Below, one piece after another: positions 39,305 through 48,683 of a DNA stretch of 64,000 bases (its first letter is position 1; each line of letters begins with the position of its first letter). The stretch comes from an uncultured Oscillospiraceae bacterium (GTDB lineage: Bacteria; Bacillota; Clostridia; Oscillospirales; Acutalibacteraceae). The stretch covers positions 15,395-79,394 of the forward strand of contig CABRNK010000004.1 in the NCBI GenBank assembly GCA_902472305.1, given 5' to 3'. The translations under genes and the position numbers were made by a program. The notes beneath the pieces were generated by a model that was not told the origin of the DNA, ran no database searches, and was given only the letters and a program-made list of their open reading frames with translations.

Positions 39305-39469
39305 TGATAAGAACAAAAAAGTCCTTTCACGAATAGGCTGAAAACAAGCAAAGGTTGCCCCAAAATAGGAAACTATTTTTAAATATTCACAAATTATTTA
39401 CAAATACAGTTTGTACAACCAGCCGAAAGGCGTCGAACCTAACTTGATTCGACGCCTTTCGATAAATGG
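39305..39469. repeat. direct repeat copy 2; its last 3 nt are the CCA end of tRNA-Gln
   Basis: See copy 1. Confidence 0.85.
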
Positions 39470-39541
39470 CTGGGCTGGCGGGATTCGAACCCACGGGTGA
39501 CGGAGTCAAAGTCCGTTGCCTTACCGCTTGGCGACAGCCCA
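39467..39541 (-). tRNA. tRNA-Gln (TTG)
   Basis: U1-A72 acceptor TGGGCTG/CAGCCCA, D-arm GCCAAGCGGTAAGGC, anticodon loop CTTTGAC, T-loop GGTTCGAATCC, CCA encoded. Confidence 0.75.
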
Positions 39542-39574
39542 ATATGCAGTTTTCTCTAGCAGGAGACTGCAAAA

Positions 39575-39602
39575 GTATAGCACATTTTTGCCCGATAGTC
39601 AA
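39575..39602 (-). promoter_or_regulatory. sigma-A promoter for tRNA-Gln (TTGACT-17-TATACT on minus strand)
   Basis: Reverse complement reads TTGACTatcgggcaaaaatgtgcTATACT. Confidence 0.5.
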
Positions 39603-39669
39603 ACACTTTCCATAAAACAACGGCCCCGCCGCGGTGTTTTCCGCGGCGGGGCTGCTTTGCGTGTGCCGG

Positions 39670-40971
39670 TCAGTCCTCGATGGGCGCCTCGAGACTGTTC
39701 ATCACAAGTCCGGTGATGAGCTTCGGGTAAAAATATGTCGATTTCTGCGGCATCTTTTCGCCTGCGGCGGCGACGGCGCCGATTTCCTCGACGCGTGTCG
39801 GGTTCAGCAGAAACGCACACTGGCTTTCGCCGGCCTGCACGCTCTCGAGCGCTTCATCCGCGGAGCGGGTGTAGGTCAGGTTTTTCTGGTTCGCCATATT
39901 TTCCTTGTCGATGCCGAGCACGCGCTCCAGAACGAGCGTGTGCAGCACGCTGACATCCAGACCGCGGGAGGCATCGCTCTTTTCCGGCAGGAAATCCGCC
40001 ATGACGGCTGGATCCCGGAGTGTGAGCAGCGTGTAGGCGAGTGCGCCGTCCCGCTTTGCGGCGAATACAAACGACTTTTTGCCCGCGTCGTAGTCGGCCT
40101 TGAGGCGCGGCTCAACCGCGTCCCGGCCGGGAAGCGGCTCAATGTCGAAGTATTCCGCGCTGCCGGAAAGCACCTGCTCTGCCGAAAAATCCGGCAGGCC
40201 GCGCACGAGGCGGTGCGTGGGGAACACAAGGAGGCCGGGGTGCGCCATATCGACGAGCATCATCATAACAAATTCACTGCCCGGCGCCCAAACGGCGTTT
40301 TCGCGGCAGTAGTTCCGGTAGTTGATCGCTGTCTCATAGCGGTGGTGGCCGTCCGCGATATACAGCTTGCGCGCGGCAAAATCGCTGCGGAATGCCTCGA
40401 TGGCAAGCGCGTCGTTGACAATCCACAGGCGGTGCGTCACGAGGCCGTCGGAAAATTCACACCGAGGTGTGCCGCTCGAAAGGCGGTCGATACGGCGCTG
40501 GGTCTCGCCGGTGTCGTCCATATAAAGGGAATAAATCTGGCTGAAATTGCAGTTGGTCGCCTGCATCAGGTTGAAGCGGTCCTGCTTGGCTTTGGAGAGC
40601 GTCTCCTCATGCGGCAGCACGACGCCCGCGCTGAAATCCTCCACGCGGACAAGACTGATGATGCCCTTGAGCGAGCGTTTCTCGCCGTGGTCGACGCCGG
40701 TGAGAAATTCTTCCTCGTAGATGTAGATGCCCGCGTCGTCGTCGCAGTGCAGCGTGCCGTTCGAAAGCCAGCCGCGCAGCGTTTTCCCGGCGTCGCCGTA
40801 GGGATCCTCGCCCTTCGGCAGCTCGAGCCGGATGACGTTGTGCGGGTTGCGCGCGAGGTATTCGGCGCGCTCCGCGTCGCTGATGATGTCGTAGGGCGGG
40901 CAGGTCAGCTCTGCTGGAGAGCCGGCCGCGGCAGTATAGCGCATGGCGTGAAAAGCCTTGATGTCGGCCAT
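39670..40971 (-). CDS. DUF1015 family protein
   Basis: MADIKAFHAMRY...PPYDIISDAER...DGHHRYE blocks typical of the DUF1015 family. Confidence 0.7.
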   Translation of the reverse strand: MADIKAFHAMRYTAAAGSPAELTCPPYDIISDAERAEYLARNPHNVIRLELPKGEDPYGDAGKTLRGWLSNGTLHCDDDAGIYIYEEEFLTGVDHGEKRSLKGIISLVRVEDFSAGVVLPHEETLSKAKQDRFNLMQATNCNFSQIYSLYMDDTGETQRRIDRLSSGTPRCEFSDGLVTHRLWIVNDALAIEAFRSDFAARKLYIADGHHRYETAINYRNYCRENAVWAPGSEFVMMMLVDMAHPGLLVFPTHRLVRGLPDFSAEQVLSGSAEYFDIEPLPGRDAVEPRLKADYDAGKKSFVFAAKRDGALAYTLLTLRDPAVMADFLPEKSDASRGLDVSVLHTLVLERVLGIDKENMANQKNLTYTRSADEALESVQAGESQCAFLLNPTRVEEIGAVAAAGEKMPQKSTYFYPKLITGLVMNSLEAPIED

Positions 40972-41316
40972 AGTGGTTTCATCCCTTCAATCTTTTTCTA
41001 AATTGTAGCGCAGGGCTCGGCGGTGTGTCAAGCGCGAATGTGAAAGCAATGTGTTAAAGGGCGGTAAAAAACGGGCGGCGCGCAAGGAAGGCCGTGCCTG
41101 TGCGAAAATTTCGTAAACTTGAGACGAATTTTACGCGATGCGGGCGGAGCATAACGAAAAATAGAGAAACATAAAGGGTGCGAAATACGCACAGAACTTC
41201 GAAGAAAAAACCAAAGACAAATGGATGAAATATCAATAGAAATAAAGGGATAGGGGAAAATACCACGATAATTCTAAATTGAAAATAAAAAAACAGTGCT
41301 TTTTGATATTTTACTC

Positions 41317-41346
41317 TTGACAAGCGCGGAGAAACATGCGTATAAT
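41317..41346 (+). promoter_or_regulatory. consensus promoter TTGACA-18-TATAAT in the long AT-rich leader of the 41457 operon
   Basis: Read directly. Confidence 0.5.
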
Positions 41347-41456
41347 TATGGCGTAATAAATGAGTAGCAAAAGTAAACAAATAGAGAGATCGAGAAAATG
41401 CGGCAAATGGCTCTGCGGAGCTTGCATATTACATTCAAAGGGAAGGAAGTAAGAAA

Positions 41457-42761
41457 ATGAAGCGAAGAATCATGGCGGCCCTGCTGGCTGCGGCGATGCT
41501 GCTTTCTGTGGCCGCGTGCAGCAGCGGCGGCGAAAGCAGCGCGGGCGGAGAGGCGCAGGAAAGCACCGGCGGCGCGGCGGGAACAACGGAGAGCACAGCC
41601 GGCGAGGGTGCGGCGGACGGCGACACGGGCCTCACGTACGACGGCGAGGAGGTTGTGCTCAAGGAGCAGATCGTCCCCGAGTTCGAAAAGCAGTTCCCGA
41701 ACATCCACGTCAAGCTGGTCCGAATGCCGTATGACGGCCTGAAGCAGCAGGTGATTCAGGGCGTTTCCAGCGGAACAGCACCGGATTTGATGCGCATGGA
41801 CATCATCTGGGTCACAGAGTTCGCGAAGCTCGGCGCGCTGGTGCCTGTGGACGACCTGCCCGGTTTTGCCGAAATGAAGGAAACGCTGTTTGAGGGGCCG
41901 TTGAGCACCAATTACTACGAGGGCAAGTATTACGGCCTGCCGCTGAACACGAACTGCCTCAGCGGCGCGTGGAGCAAGACGATGCTCGATCAGCTCGGCC
42001 TGACGGAGGTCCCCAAAACGTACGACGACATGCTCGCGCTCAAGGATCAGCTAAAGGAGGGCCAGTACCTCTTTGCGACGGAGGACACGAACACGTGGGC
42101 GACCGCGCCGCTGTTCTATTCGCTGGGCGGCACGTACACGAACGAGGACTACACGAAGGCGAGCGGCTACCTGAACGGCGAGGCGAGCGTCAAGGCGCTG
42201 GAAACGATCGTACAGTGGTATGACGAGGGCATCCTCGGGCCGGCGACGATGGCCGGTAAGCCGGACGTTTCGAACGGTGTTTTCCGCGGCGAATATCTCC
42301 TGACGTATCAGGGCCCGTGGTTCTACACGAACAACAAGGAGGAGGACATCGCCAAGGTGCAGGCCGGCCTGCTTCCGGCGGGCGACGCCGGTTCGATGAC
42401 GGTTGTCGGCGGCGAGGACCTCTGCATGTTCACGAGCGGCAAGAATCAGGAGGCCGCGTGGGTATTCGCGCGCTTCCTGATGGGCGAGTTTGCCCAAAAG
42501 GCACAGGCGCTGGGCGGCGGCCGCCTGATCCCGACCGTGAAGGAGTTTGCGAATTCTGAGGAGGTCATGGCCGTCGAGAACATGGACGTCTACGTCGAGC
42601 AGCTCGAAAATGCAGTTTCGAGAACACCGCACCCGGCTTGGGAAAAGATGTCCGATAAGATCATGAAGCTTTTCCAGAGCTGCCTGCGCCACGAGGTGGA
42701 GCCGAGAGCTGCGCTCGATAAGCTCGCGCCGGAAATCGACGCGCTGCTGGCGGAGAAATAA
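41457..42761 (+). CDS. sugar ABC transporter substrate-binding lipoprotein (CUT1 family)
   Basis: MKRRIMAALLAAAMLLSVAACSSGG lipobox; 434 aa. Confidence 0.85.
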   Translation: MKRRIMAALLAAAMLLSVAACSSGGESSAGGEAQESTGGAAGTTESTAGEGAADGDTGLTYDGEEVVLKEQIVPEFEKQFPNIHVKLVRMPYDGLKQQVIQGVSSGTAPDLMRMDIIWVTEFAKLGALVPVDDLPGFAEMKETLFEGPLSTNYYEGKYYGLPLNTNCLSGAWSKTMLDQLGLTEVPKTYDDMLALKDQLKEGQYLFATEDTNTWATAPLFYSLGGTYTNEDYTKASGYLNGEASVKALETIVQWYDEGILGPATMAGKPDVSNGVFRGEYLLTYQGPWFYTNNKEEDIAKVQAGLLPAGDAGSMTVVGGEDLCMFTSGKNQEAAWVFARFLMGEFAQKAQALGGGRLIPTVKEFANSEEVMAVENMDVYVEQLENAVSRTPHPAWEKMSDKIMKLFQSCLRHEVEPRAALDKLAPEIDALLAEK

Positions 42762-42838
42762 TGCGGAAATAAAGGCGTGGCCGGCGCTTTCCGGACACGC
42801 CTTTATTTTTCAAGCGGGATAATAAGGAGGAATGTCAC

Positions 42839-43777
42839 GTGAAAAAGGACGCGCTTTCGGTGCGGTTCCGAAGAGGGCTGCGTCAGTGGGCGGCGGTGCT
42901 GCCGTTTATCTCGGTGGGGCTGATGCTGTTTGTGGTCTTTGTGCTGTACCCGCAGATCAAGAATATCTACATCGCCTTTACGGATTACAGCATCATGCCC
43001 GGCGCAGAGACGCCCTTTGTGTTTTTCGATAATTTCAAGCGGGCCTTTGAGGGCATGTTCGAGCAGGGAACGGACGCCTATTATTTCTGGATCTCGTTTC
43101 GGAACAACCTGCTCGCCGTTCTGGTCACCGTGCCGGGGCAGCTCATCCTCGGCCTGCTGGTCGCGGTGATGATCCACAACATCCGGTTTGGAAAAAACGC
43201 ATATAAGATCATGTTCTACATCGCCGTGATCTGCGACTGGGTCGTCGTGGCCAATATTTTCGATTACATCTTCCAGCCGGATAACGGCAGCCTCGTCAAC
43301 TACGTGCTGCTTAAGCTGCACATCATCTCCGAGCCGATCGCGTGGCTTCAGGAAACGTGGAGCGGCAATCTCGTGATCTGGGTGTTCAGCATCTGGAAGG
43401 GCTTCGGCTGGGTCATGATCATCTACACGGCGGCGCTGCAGGGCATTCCGAACGACCTGTACGAGGCCGCGACGATCGACGGCGCTTCCACGATCGATAA
43501 ATTCTTCCACATCACGCTGCCGAGCATCCGTGGCACGACCTTCTATCTTCTGATCAATCTGATCAACGGCGCGATGAACATCTTCATTCAGGTGTTTCTG
43601 CTCACCAAAGGCAACCCGGTCGGCACGACCGACGTCATGATGAACTACATATACACGCGGGCCTTCAATTACTTTGAATTCGGCTATGCGGCGGCCTGCG
43701 GCCTGATGATGGGCGTCTTTGTGTTCACAACGTCGATGTTCCTCAAGCGCTACCTGCGCTACGGGCAGGATCAATGA
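42839..43777 (+). CDS. sugar ABC transporter permease
   Basis: AAGGAGG then GTG; EAATIDGAST signature. Confidence 0.8.
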   Translation: MKKDALSVRFRRGLRQWAAVLPFISVGLMLFVVFVLYPQIKNIYIAFTDYSIMPGAETPFVFFDNFKRAFEGMFEQGTDAYYFWISFRNNLLAVLVTVPGQLILGLLVAVMIHNIRFGKNAYKIMFYIAVICDWVVVANIFDYIFQPDNGSLVNYVLLKLHIISEPIAWLQETWSGNLVIWVFSIWKGFGWVMIIYTAALQGIPNDLYEAATIDGASTIDKFFHITLPSIRGTTFYLLINLINGAMNIFIQVFLLTKGNPVGTTDVMMNYIYTRAFNYFEFGYAAACGLMMGVFVFTTSMFLKRYLRYGQDQ

Positions 43778-43790
43778 GAGGGGGAGAAAC

Positions 43791-44630
43791 ATGAAAAAAG
43801 GAAAAATTATTTCGCAGGCCGTGCTGCATGCGGTTCTGATCGTCCTCGCGGTCATCTGCCTCACGCCGTTTCTCTCCATGGTTTCCTCATCCTTCATGGA
43901 CATCCGCGGCGTTCTGCCGGATGTACCGGTCATTTTCCCAGAAACGCCGCTCTACACGGAAAATTATGTCAAGGTATGGACGGCCAACAACTTTTCGCGG
44001 TATTTTGTGAATACCCTGCTGCTTTCCGCAGGCGGCCTCGTCGTCAACGTGGCGATCTCCATCTCGATGGCGTACAGCTTCTCGCGGTTTAAGTTTCCGG
44101 GAAGGGAGCTTCTCTTCAACGTCTTTCTGCTCACGATGATGGTGCCGGCGCAGCTCGCCCTGATCTCGCAGTACACCGTGCTTAACGGCCTGCATTTGAT
44201 CGACAATTACGCGGGCATCCTGCTGCTGTGGGGCGGCACCTGCGTGGCCGGCAACACGTTTTTCTACCGCGGCTTCTTTGAAAGCGTGCCGCGTGAGCTG
44301 GAGGAGTCGATGTTCCTCGACGGCGCCTCGCGCTTCGGCGTCTTGATCCACTGCATCATCCCGCTCAGCAAGCCGGCGATCGCAACCTCTGCGATCTTCG
44401 CGTTCAACGGCTACTGGGGCGACCTGTTCAACATCCTGACTTTTGTAAAGACCGAGGAAAAGCGGACGCTTTCCGTCGCGCTGCAGCTCTTCCGCGGCCA
44501 GCACACGACCGAATACGGCCTGATGTTCGCGGCCTCCGTGATCGTCGTCATCCCGGTCATCGTGATCTTTATCATCTTCCAAAAGCAGTTCATGAAACAG
44601 GGGCTGATGGAGGGCGCCGTCAAGGGCTGA
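43791..44630 (+). CDS. sugar ABC transporter permease
   Basis: GGGGGAG RBS, ATG MKKGKII; EESMFLDGAS signature. Confidence 0.85.
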   Translation: MKKGKIISQAVLHAVLIVLAVICLTPFLSMVSSSFMDIRGVLPDVPVIFPETPLYTENYVKVWTANNFSRYFVNTLLLSAGGLVVNVAISISMAYSFSRFKFPGRELLFNVFLLTMMVPAQLALISQYTVLNGLHLIDNYAGILLLWGGTCVAGNTFFYRGFFESVPRELEESMFLDGASRFGVLIHCIIPLSKPAIATSAIFAFNGYWGDLFNILTFVKTEEKRTLSVALQLFRGQHTTEYGLMFAASVIVVIPVIVIFIIFQKQFMKQGLMEGAVKG

Positions 44631-44715
44631 CCGGCACGCCCCGCACAAAACAGAAAAACACGCGGCGGCGCCGCGTGAAAATCAAAGCATATTTTCAAAA
44701 TAGGGAGGAAAGAAA

Positions 44716-45486
44716 ATGGCAATCAAGGTAACGGTATGGAACGAATACCTGCACGAGAAGCAGTTTGAGGAGGTGGCGGCGATCTACCCGAAGGGGATTC
44801 ACGGCTGCATCGCGGAGTTTCTCGAAAAGGCGGGGATGGAAACAAAAGCGGCAACGCTCGAGGAGCCGGAGCACGGCCTGACGCAGGAAGTGCTGGAGGA
44901 CACCGACGTGCTGATCTGGTGGGGACACATGGCGCACGAGCGCGTGGCGGACGAGATCGTGGAGCGCGTGCACAAGCGCGTTTTGGACGGCATGGGTCTG
45001 ATCGTGCTGCACTCGGGCCACGCGTCGAAGATTTTTCAGAAAGTCTGCGGGACGAACTCGGGCATGCTCAAGTGGCGCGAGGACGGCGAGAAGGAGATCC
45101 TGTGGGTGGTGGACCCGAGCCATCCGATCGCGGCGGGACTGGATGAAAAGATCATAATCCCGCACGAGGAGATGTACGGCGAGCACTTCAACATCCCGCA
45201 GCCGGACGAGCAGGTGTTCATCAGCTGGTTCGAGGGCGGCGAGGTGTTCCGCAGCGGTTGCTGCTGGCACCGCGGCAAGGGGAAGGTGTTCTACTTCCGC
45301 CCGGGTCACGAGGTATTCCCGATCTACCATCAGGCGGAGATTCAGCAGGTGATCACGAATGCGGTGAAGTGGGCCGCGCCGATCGAGTTCGCAAAGGTTT
45401 CCTACGGCAATCCCCCGCCGGTCGTCGAGATCGCGGCGCAGGCGGCGGGCATCACGGGCAATCCCGGCCTGCACGAGCCGAAGTAA
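44716..45486 (+). CDS. ThuA-like protein (paralog of 24807..25565)
   Basis: [11 protein letters not shown]...[13 protein letters not shown]...[14 protein letters not shown]...[11 protein letters not shown]. Confidence 0.75.
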   Translation: MAIKVTVWNEYLHEKQFEEVAAIYPKGIHGCIAEFLEKAGMETKAATLEEPEHGLTQEVLEDTDVLIWWGHMAHERVADEIVERVHKRVLDGMGLIVLHSGHASKIFQKVCGTNSGMLKWREDGEKEILWVVDPSHPIAAGLDEKIIIPHEEMYGEHFNIPQPDEQVFISWFEGGEVFRSGCCWHRGKGKVFYFRPGHEVFPIYHQAEIQQVITNAVKWAAPIEFAKVSYGNPPPVVEIAAQAAGITGNPGLHEPK

Positions 45487-45583
45487 GGGGCGAAACGTGT
45501 TTATTGCAGAGCGGTAAGCGGGCCCGCGGGGCCCAGCGGTTGTATTGAAAAAACGCTTTCAGCGTACAGAAAGGAAAGACAGT

Positions 45584-46672
45584 ATGGAAAAGAAGGTTAT
45601 CCGCATCGGCTCGGTCGGTGTGGGCGCAATCTGGACGGGCGTGCACGAGCCGGGTATCCGGCGCAGCCCCGATCTCGAGCTTGTGGCAATCTGCGACATC
45701 GACGCGGAAAAGCTGCGCGCCGTGGGCGAAAAGTACGGCATCGACGAGGCGCACCGGTTTACGGACTACCGCGACCTGATTCGCTGCCCGGACGTGGACG
45801 CAGTGGACATCTGCACGTCGAATGACGCGCATTTTGAGATCGCGATGGCGGCGGTCGAGGCCGGCAAGCCGTATGACGTGGAAAAGCCGGTCACCATGAC
45901 GGCCGCAGAAGCCGATATACTCGCGAAGGCCACGGCCGAAAAGGGGCTGCCAAACATGGTGTGCTTCTCCTACCGCTTCAAGGCCGCGGCGCGCTGCGCA
46001 CGCGAGCTGATCGAGCAGGGGAAAATCGGCCGGGTATACCACGTCGATATGCAGTATTTTCAGGCTTGGGGCCTGCCGCGCTGCAATACGCCGCGCGTGT
46101 GGCGCTTCGTAAAGTCGCGCACCGGCTCGGGCGCCATGGGCGATCTGGGCTGCCACGCGCTCGATCTCGTCCGTTTCGTCGTGGGCGGGGATTACACGCG
46201 CGTGGTCGGGCATACGGGCACGTATGTCACGGAGCGCAAGCGGCTGGACGGTACGGGCATGGGCCCCGTGGACGTCGACGACTTCTGCAACTACATGGCG
46301 GACATGGAGGGCGGCGTTTCCGCGAGCTTCCAGATCACGCGCTTCGGCTACGGCCGCGGCAACTACCAGCGCATGGAGATCTACGGCAGCGAGGGCGCAA
46401 TCGTCTATACGCTGGATGCGGAGCCGGGCCGCGAGGACGAGCTCGAGGTCTGCGCCGGCGACGTGTATGCCGACGCGCACACCTTCGTGAAGCTGCCGAT
46501 TCCCGAGCACTGCCGCAGCGATCAGATGCAGTCGTTTGCCGATATCATCAACGGCAGCGCGGACGGCAAGGCCGCGACGATCGCCGACGGCCGCTCGAAC
46601 CAGCGCGTGCTGGATGCGATCCTGCGCTCCGCACAGGAGGGGCGCTGGCTGGCGGTTCCAAAGGGCGAGTAA
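45584..46672 (+). CDS. Gfo/Idh/MocA family oxidoreductase (ThuB-like)
   Basis: AAAGGAAAG RBS, MEKKVIRIGSVGVGAIW Rossmann N-terminus. Confidence 0.8.
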   Translation: MEKKVIRIGSVGVGAIWTGVHEPGIRRSPDLELVAICDIDAEKLRAVGEKYGIDEAHRFTDYRDLIRCPDVDAVDICTSNDAHFEIAMAAVEAGKPYDVEKPVTMTAAEADILAKATAEKGLPNMVCFSYRFKAAARCARELIEQGKIGRVYHVDMQYFQAWGLPRCNTPRVWRFVKSRTGSGAMGDLGCHALDLVRFVVGGDYTRVVGHTGTYVTERKRLDGTGMGPVDVDDFCNYMADMEGGVSASFQITRFGYGRGNYQRMEIYGSEGAIVYTLDAEPGREDELEVCAGDVYADAHTFVKLPIPEHCRSDQMQSFADIINGSADGKAATIADGRSNQRVLDAILRSAQEGRWLAVPKGE

Positions 46673-46885
46673 AGTGCCCGGCGCTCAAAACGGCCCCCGC
46701 GCGGCGCGCGGAAACTGAATAAACCGCGGGATGCTTCTGCAAGCGCTTTCACCGTATCGGATTCGGCCTGTAAAGCGCGGCGGGAGCATTCTTTTTGCCT
46801 GTGCGCCCCGGTTGCATTTGACAAGGGAAAGCAGTGCGGGTATAATAAATTCAGATTTATGTTGTCGATCGGAAGGAGGTGCTGT

Positions 46886-47899
46886 ATGGCGAAAAAAGTG
46901 ACGGTCCGCGATATTGCCAAAGCGGCGGGCGTATCGGTCGCCACGGTGTCGCGTGTTTTGAACAGCCAGTCGGGCTTTTCACCCGAAACGGAGCGCCTCG
47001 TGCAGGAAACGGCCGGGCGGATGGGCTACCGTATTCCGGAGCGCAAGGCGCAGAGCCGCGAGACCGAGGCGATCGCGCTTGTCATCCCGGCCGTAAACGA
47101 GTATTTCAGCGGCTCCCTGACGCGCAGCGTCGAGAATGCGGCCAGAAAGCGCGGCTACGTCGTGATCCTCTGCAATGCCGGGTGCGACGCGATGTACGGC
47201 GAGGAATTCGTCGGGCTTTTGAAGAAAAAGCTCGTCAAGGGCATCGTCGCGTGCAGCATCCCGCCGGATTCGGCGCTGCTCCGTGTGATCTGGGAGGCGA
47301 AGCTGCCCTGTGTCCTGATCGACAGCGTATCCTACGAATACACTTTTCCCTATGTGAAGATCGACGATTTTCAGGGGATGTACGCGGCGACGAAGTTTCT
47401 TCTGGACCGCGGCCACCGGCGCATCGCGATTCTTTCCGGCGCGATGGAGGATCAGGTGGCGGGCGGCCCGCGCATGGAGGGGTACCGGCAGGCTCTGCGA
47501 GACGCCGGCATCGCGCCGAGCGCTCAGCTCGAGGCGTTCGCGGGCGATTTCAGCTATGAGAGCGGCCGGAAGGCGTTTATGGAGCTGCTTTCGCGCGAAG
47601 CCGATTTCACCGGCCTCGTGACGTGCAGCGACGTGGTCGCGGCTGCCGCCATCACGGCGGCAGCGAAGCGCGGCATCCGCGTGCCGCAGGAGCTTTCGGT
47701 GATCGGGTTTGACAATTCACAGATCGCCGCGCTGCTGAACCCGCCGCTGACCTCTGCGGCGCAGCCGTATCAGGAGATGGGCGAGATGGCGGTGCACCTT
47801 CTGAAGAAGGTCATCGAATACGAGGGCCTCGTGGAAAGCCGCGTTTTCCCCGTGCACATTGTGGAGCGGGAAACGACCGCGCCCCCGCCCGAAAAATAG
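46886..47899 (+). CDS. LacI family transcriptional regulator
   Basis: GGAAGGAGGT RBS; MAKKVTVRDIAKAAGVSVATVSRVLN HTH. Confidence 0.85.
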   Translation: MAKKVTVRDIAKAAGVSVATVSRVLNSQSGFSPETERLVQETAGRMGYRIPERKAQSRETEAIALVIPAVNEYFSGSLTRSVENAARKRGYVVILCNAGCDAMYGEEFVGLLKKKLVKGIVACSIPPDSALLRVIWEAKLPCVLIDSVSYEYTFPYVKIDDFQGMYAATKFLLDRGHRRIAILSGAMEDQVAGGPRMEGYRQALRDAGIAPSAQLEAFAGDFSYESGRKAFMELLSREADFTGLVTCSDVVAAAAITAAAKRGIRVPQELSVIGFDNSQIAALLNPPLTSAAQPYQEMGEMAVHLLKKVIEYEGLVESRVFPVHIVERETTAPPPEK

Positions 47900-47912
47900 A
47901 AAATAGGCGCAA

Positions 47913-47950
47913 AAAAAGCAAGAGGAGAAAAACTCCCCTTGCTTTTTTGT
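47913..47950. terminator. bidirectional terminator between convergent genes
   Basis: gcaagaggag...ctccccttgc hairpin followed by a T6 run. Confidence 0.4.
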
Positions 47951-48220
47951 TTAGAGCAGGTTCATCCGCACGGCGATCGAGAACAGGAAGATGCCGAGCA
48001 TGACCGCGCCGAGCACGACGAGACCGATCCACCAGCCGGGGGTGCGGCGCACCGTGCCGGCCGGGACGCTTTTCGGGATGACGGCCGGCTGCGTCTGCTG
48101 CAGCTTTGTGGGACCGGGCTCCACGCGCGGCGCCGCGTATTGCAGGTCAAACTCCGCGCCGCAGTCCGGGCAGCGCACAACGGCATCGTCGATCAGCTTT
48201 CCGCATTTTGGGCACATCAT
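47951..48220 (-). CDS. zinc-ribbon plus single-TM small protein (tandem paralog 1)
   Basis: MMCPKCGKLIDDAVVRCPDCGAEF, then a proline/basic linker, then WWIGLVVLGAVMLGIFLF TM helix. Confidence 0.55.
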   Translation of the reverse strand: MMCPKCGKLIDDAVVRCPDCGAEFDLQYAAPRVEPGPTKLQQTQPAVIPKSVPAGTVRRTPGWWIGLVVLGAVMLGIFLFSIAVRMNLL

Positions 48221-48266
48221 AAGAGCTCACCCCTTTCGGGAACAGACGAGCGCGCAGGATCGCGTT

Positions 48267-48545
48267 TTAACCGGCGAACAGGCCGGACTGTGCGAGCACG
48301 GCAAACACGATGGCGCCGAGCATAATGGCGCCGAGCGCAATGGCGGCAATCCACCAAATTGCGGTGCGCCTGCCGCCCCGTCCGACCGGGACTGTTTTCA
48401 GGATGACGTTTGTCGGCGTAAAGGAGGACTTCGTTCTGCCGCCGGTCATCATGACGGGCGAATACTGCACGTCCAGCTCCACGCCGCAGTCCGGGCACCG
48501 GACAACGCCCTTTTCGAGGTTCTTTCCGCATTTCGGACACATCAT
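48267..48545 (-). CDS. zinc-ribbon plus single-TM small protein (tandem paralog 2)
   Basis: MMCPKCGKNLEKGVVRCPDCGVEL ... WWIAAIALGAIMLGAIVFAVL. Start taken at MMCPK after an AAAGGAAAGGG RBS. Confidence 0.55.
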   Translation of the reverse strand: MMCPKCGKNLEKGVVRCPDCGVELDVQYSPVMMTGGRTKSSFTPTNVILKTVPVGRGGRRTAIWWIAAIALGAIMLGAIVFAVLAQSGLFAG

Positions 48546-48683
48546 AGAAATCCCTTTCCTTTCTGCTGAACAGGGGGTACGGTGTGAAAACCCTTTCCAC
48601 ACAAATCTCCACCTTCAGTATAGCAGAGTGCCTAGAAAATATAATTCTTTATCGGAATAACTGGAAAAATATTTTAAATGCGG

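Noticed and set aside
39634-41001. 455-aa + ORF
   Set aside because: Antisense of the DUF1015 gene (39670..40971, minus), which has the conserved family blocks.
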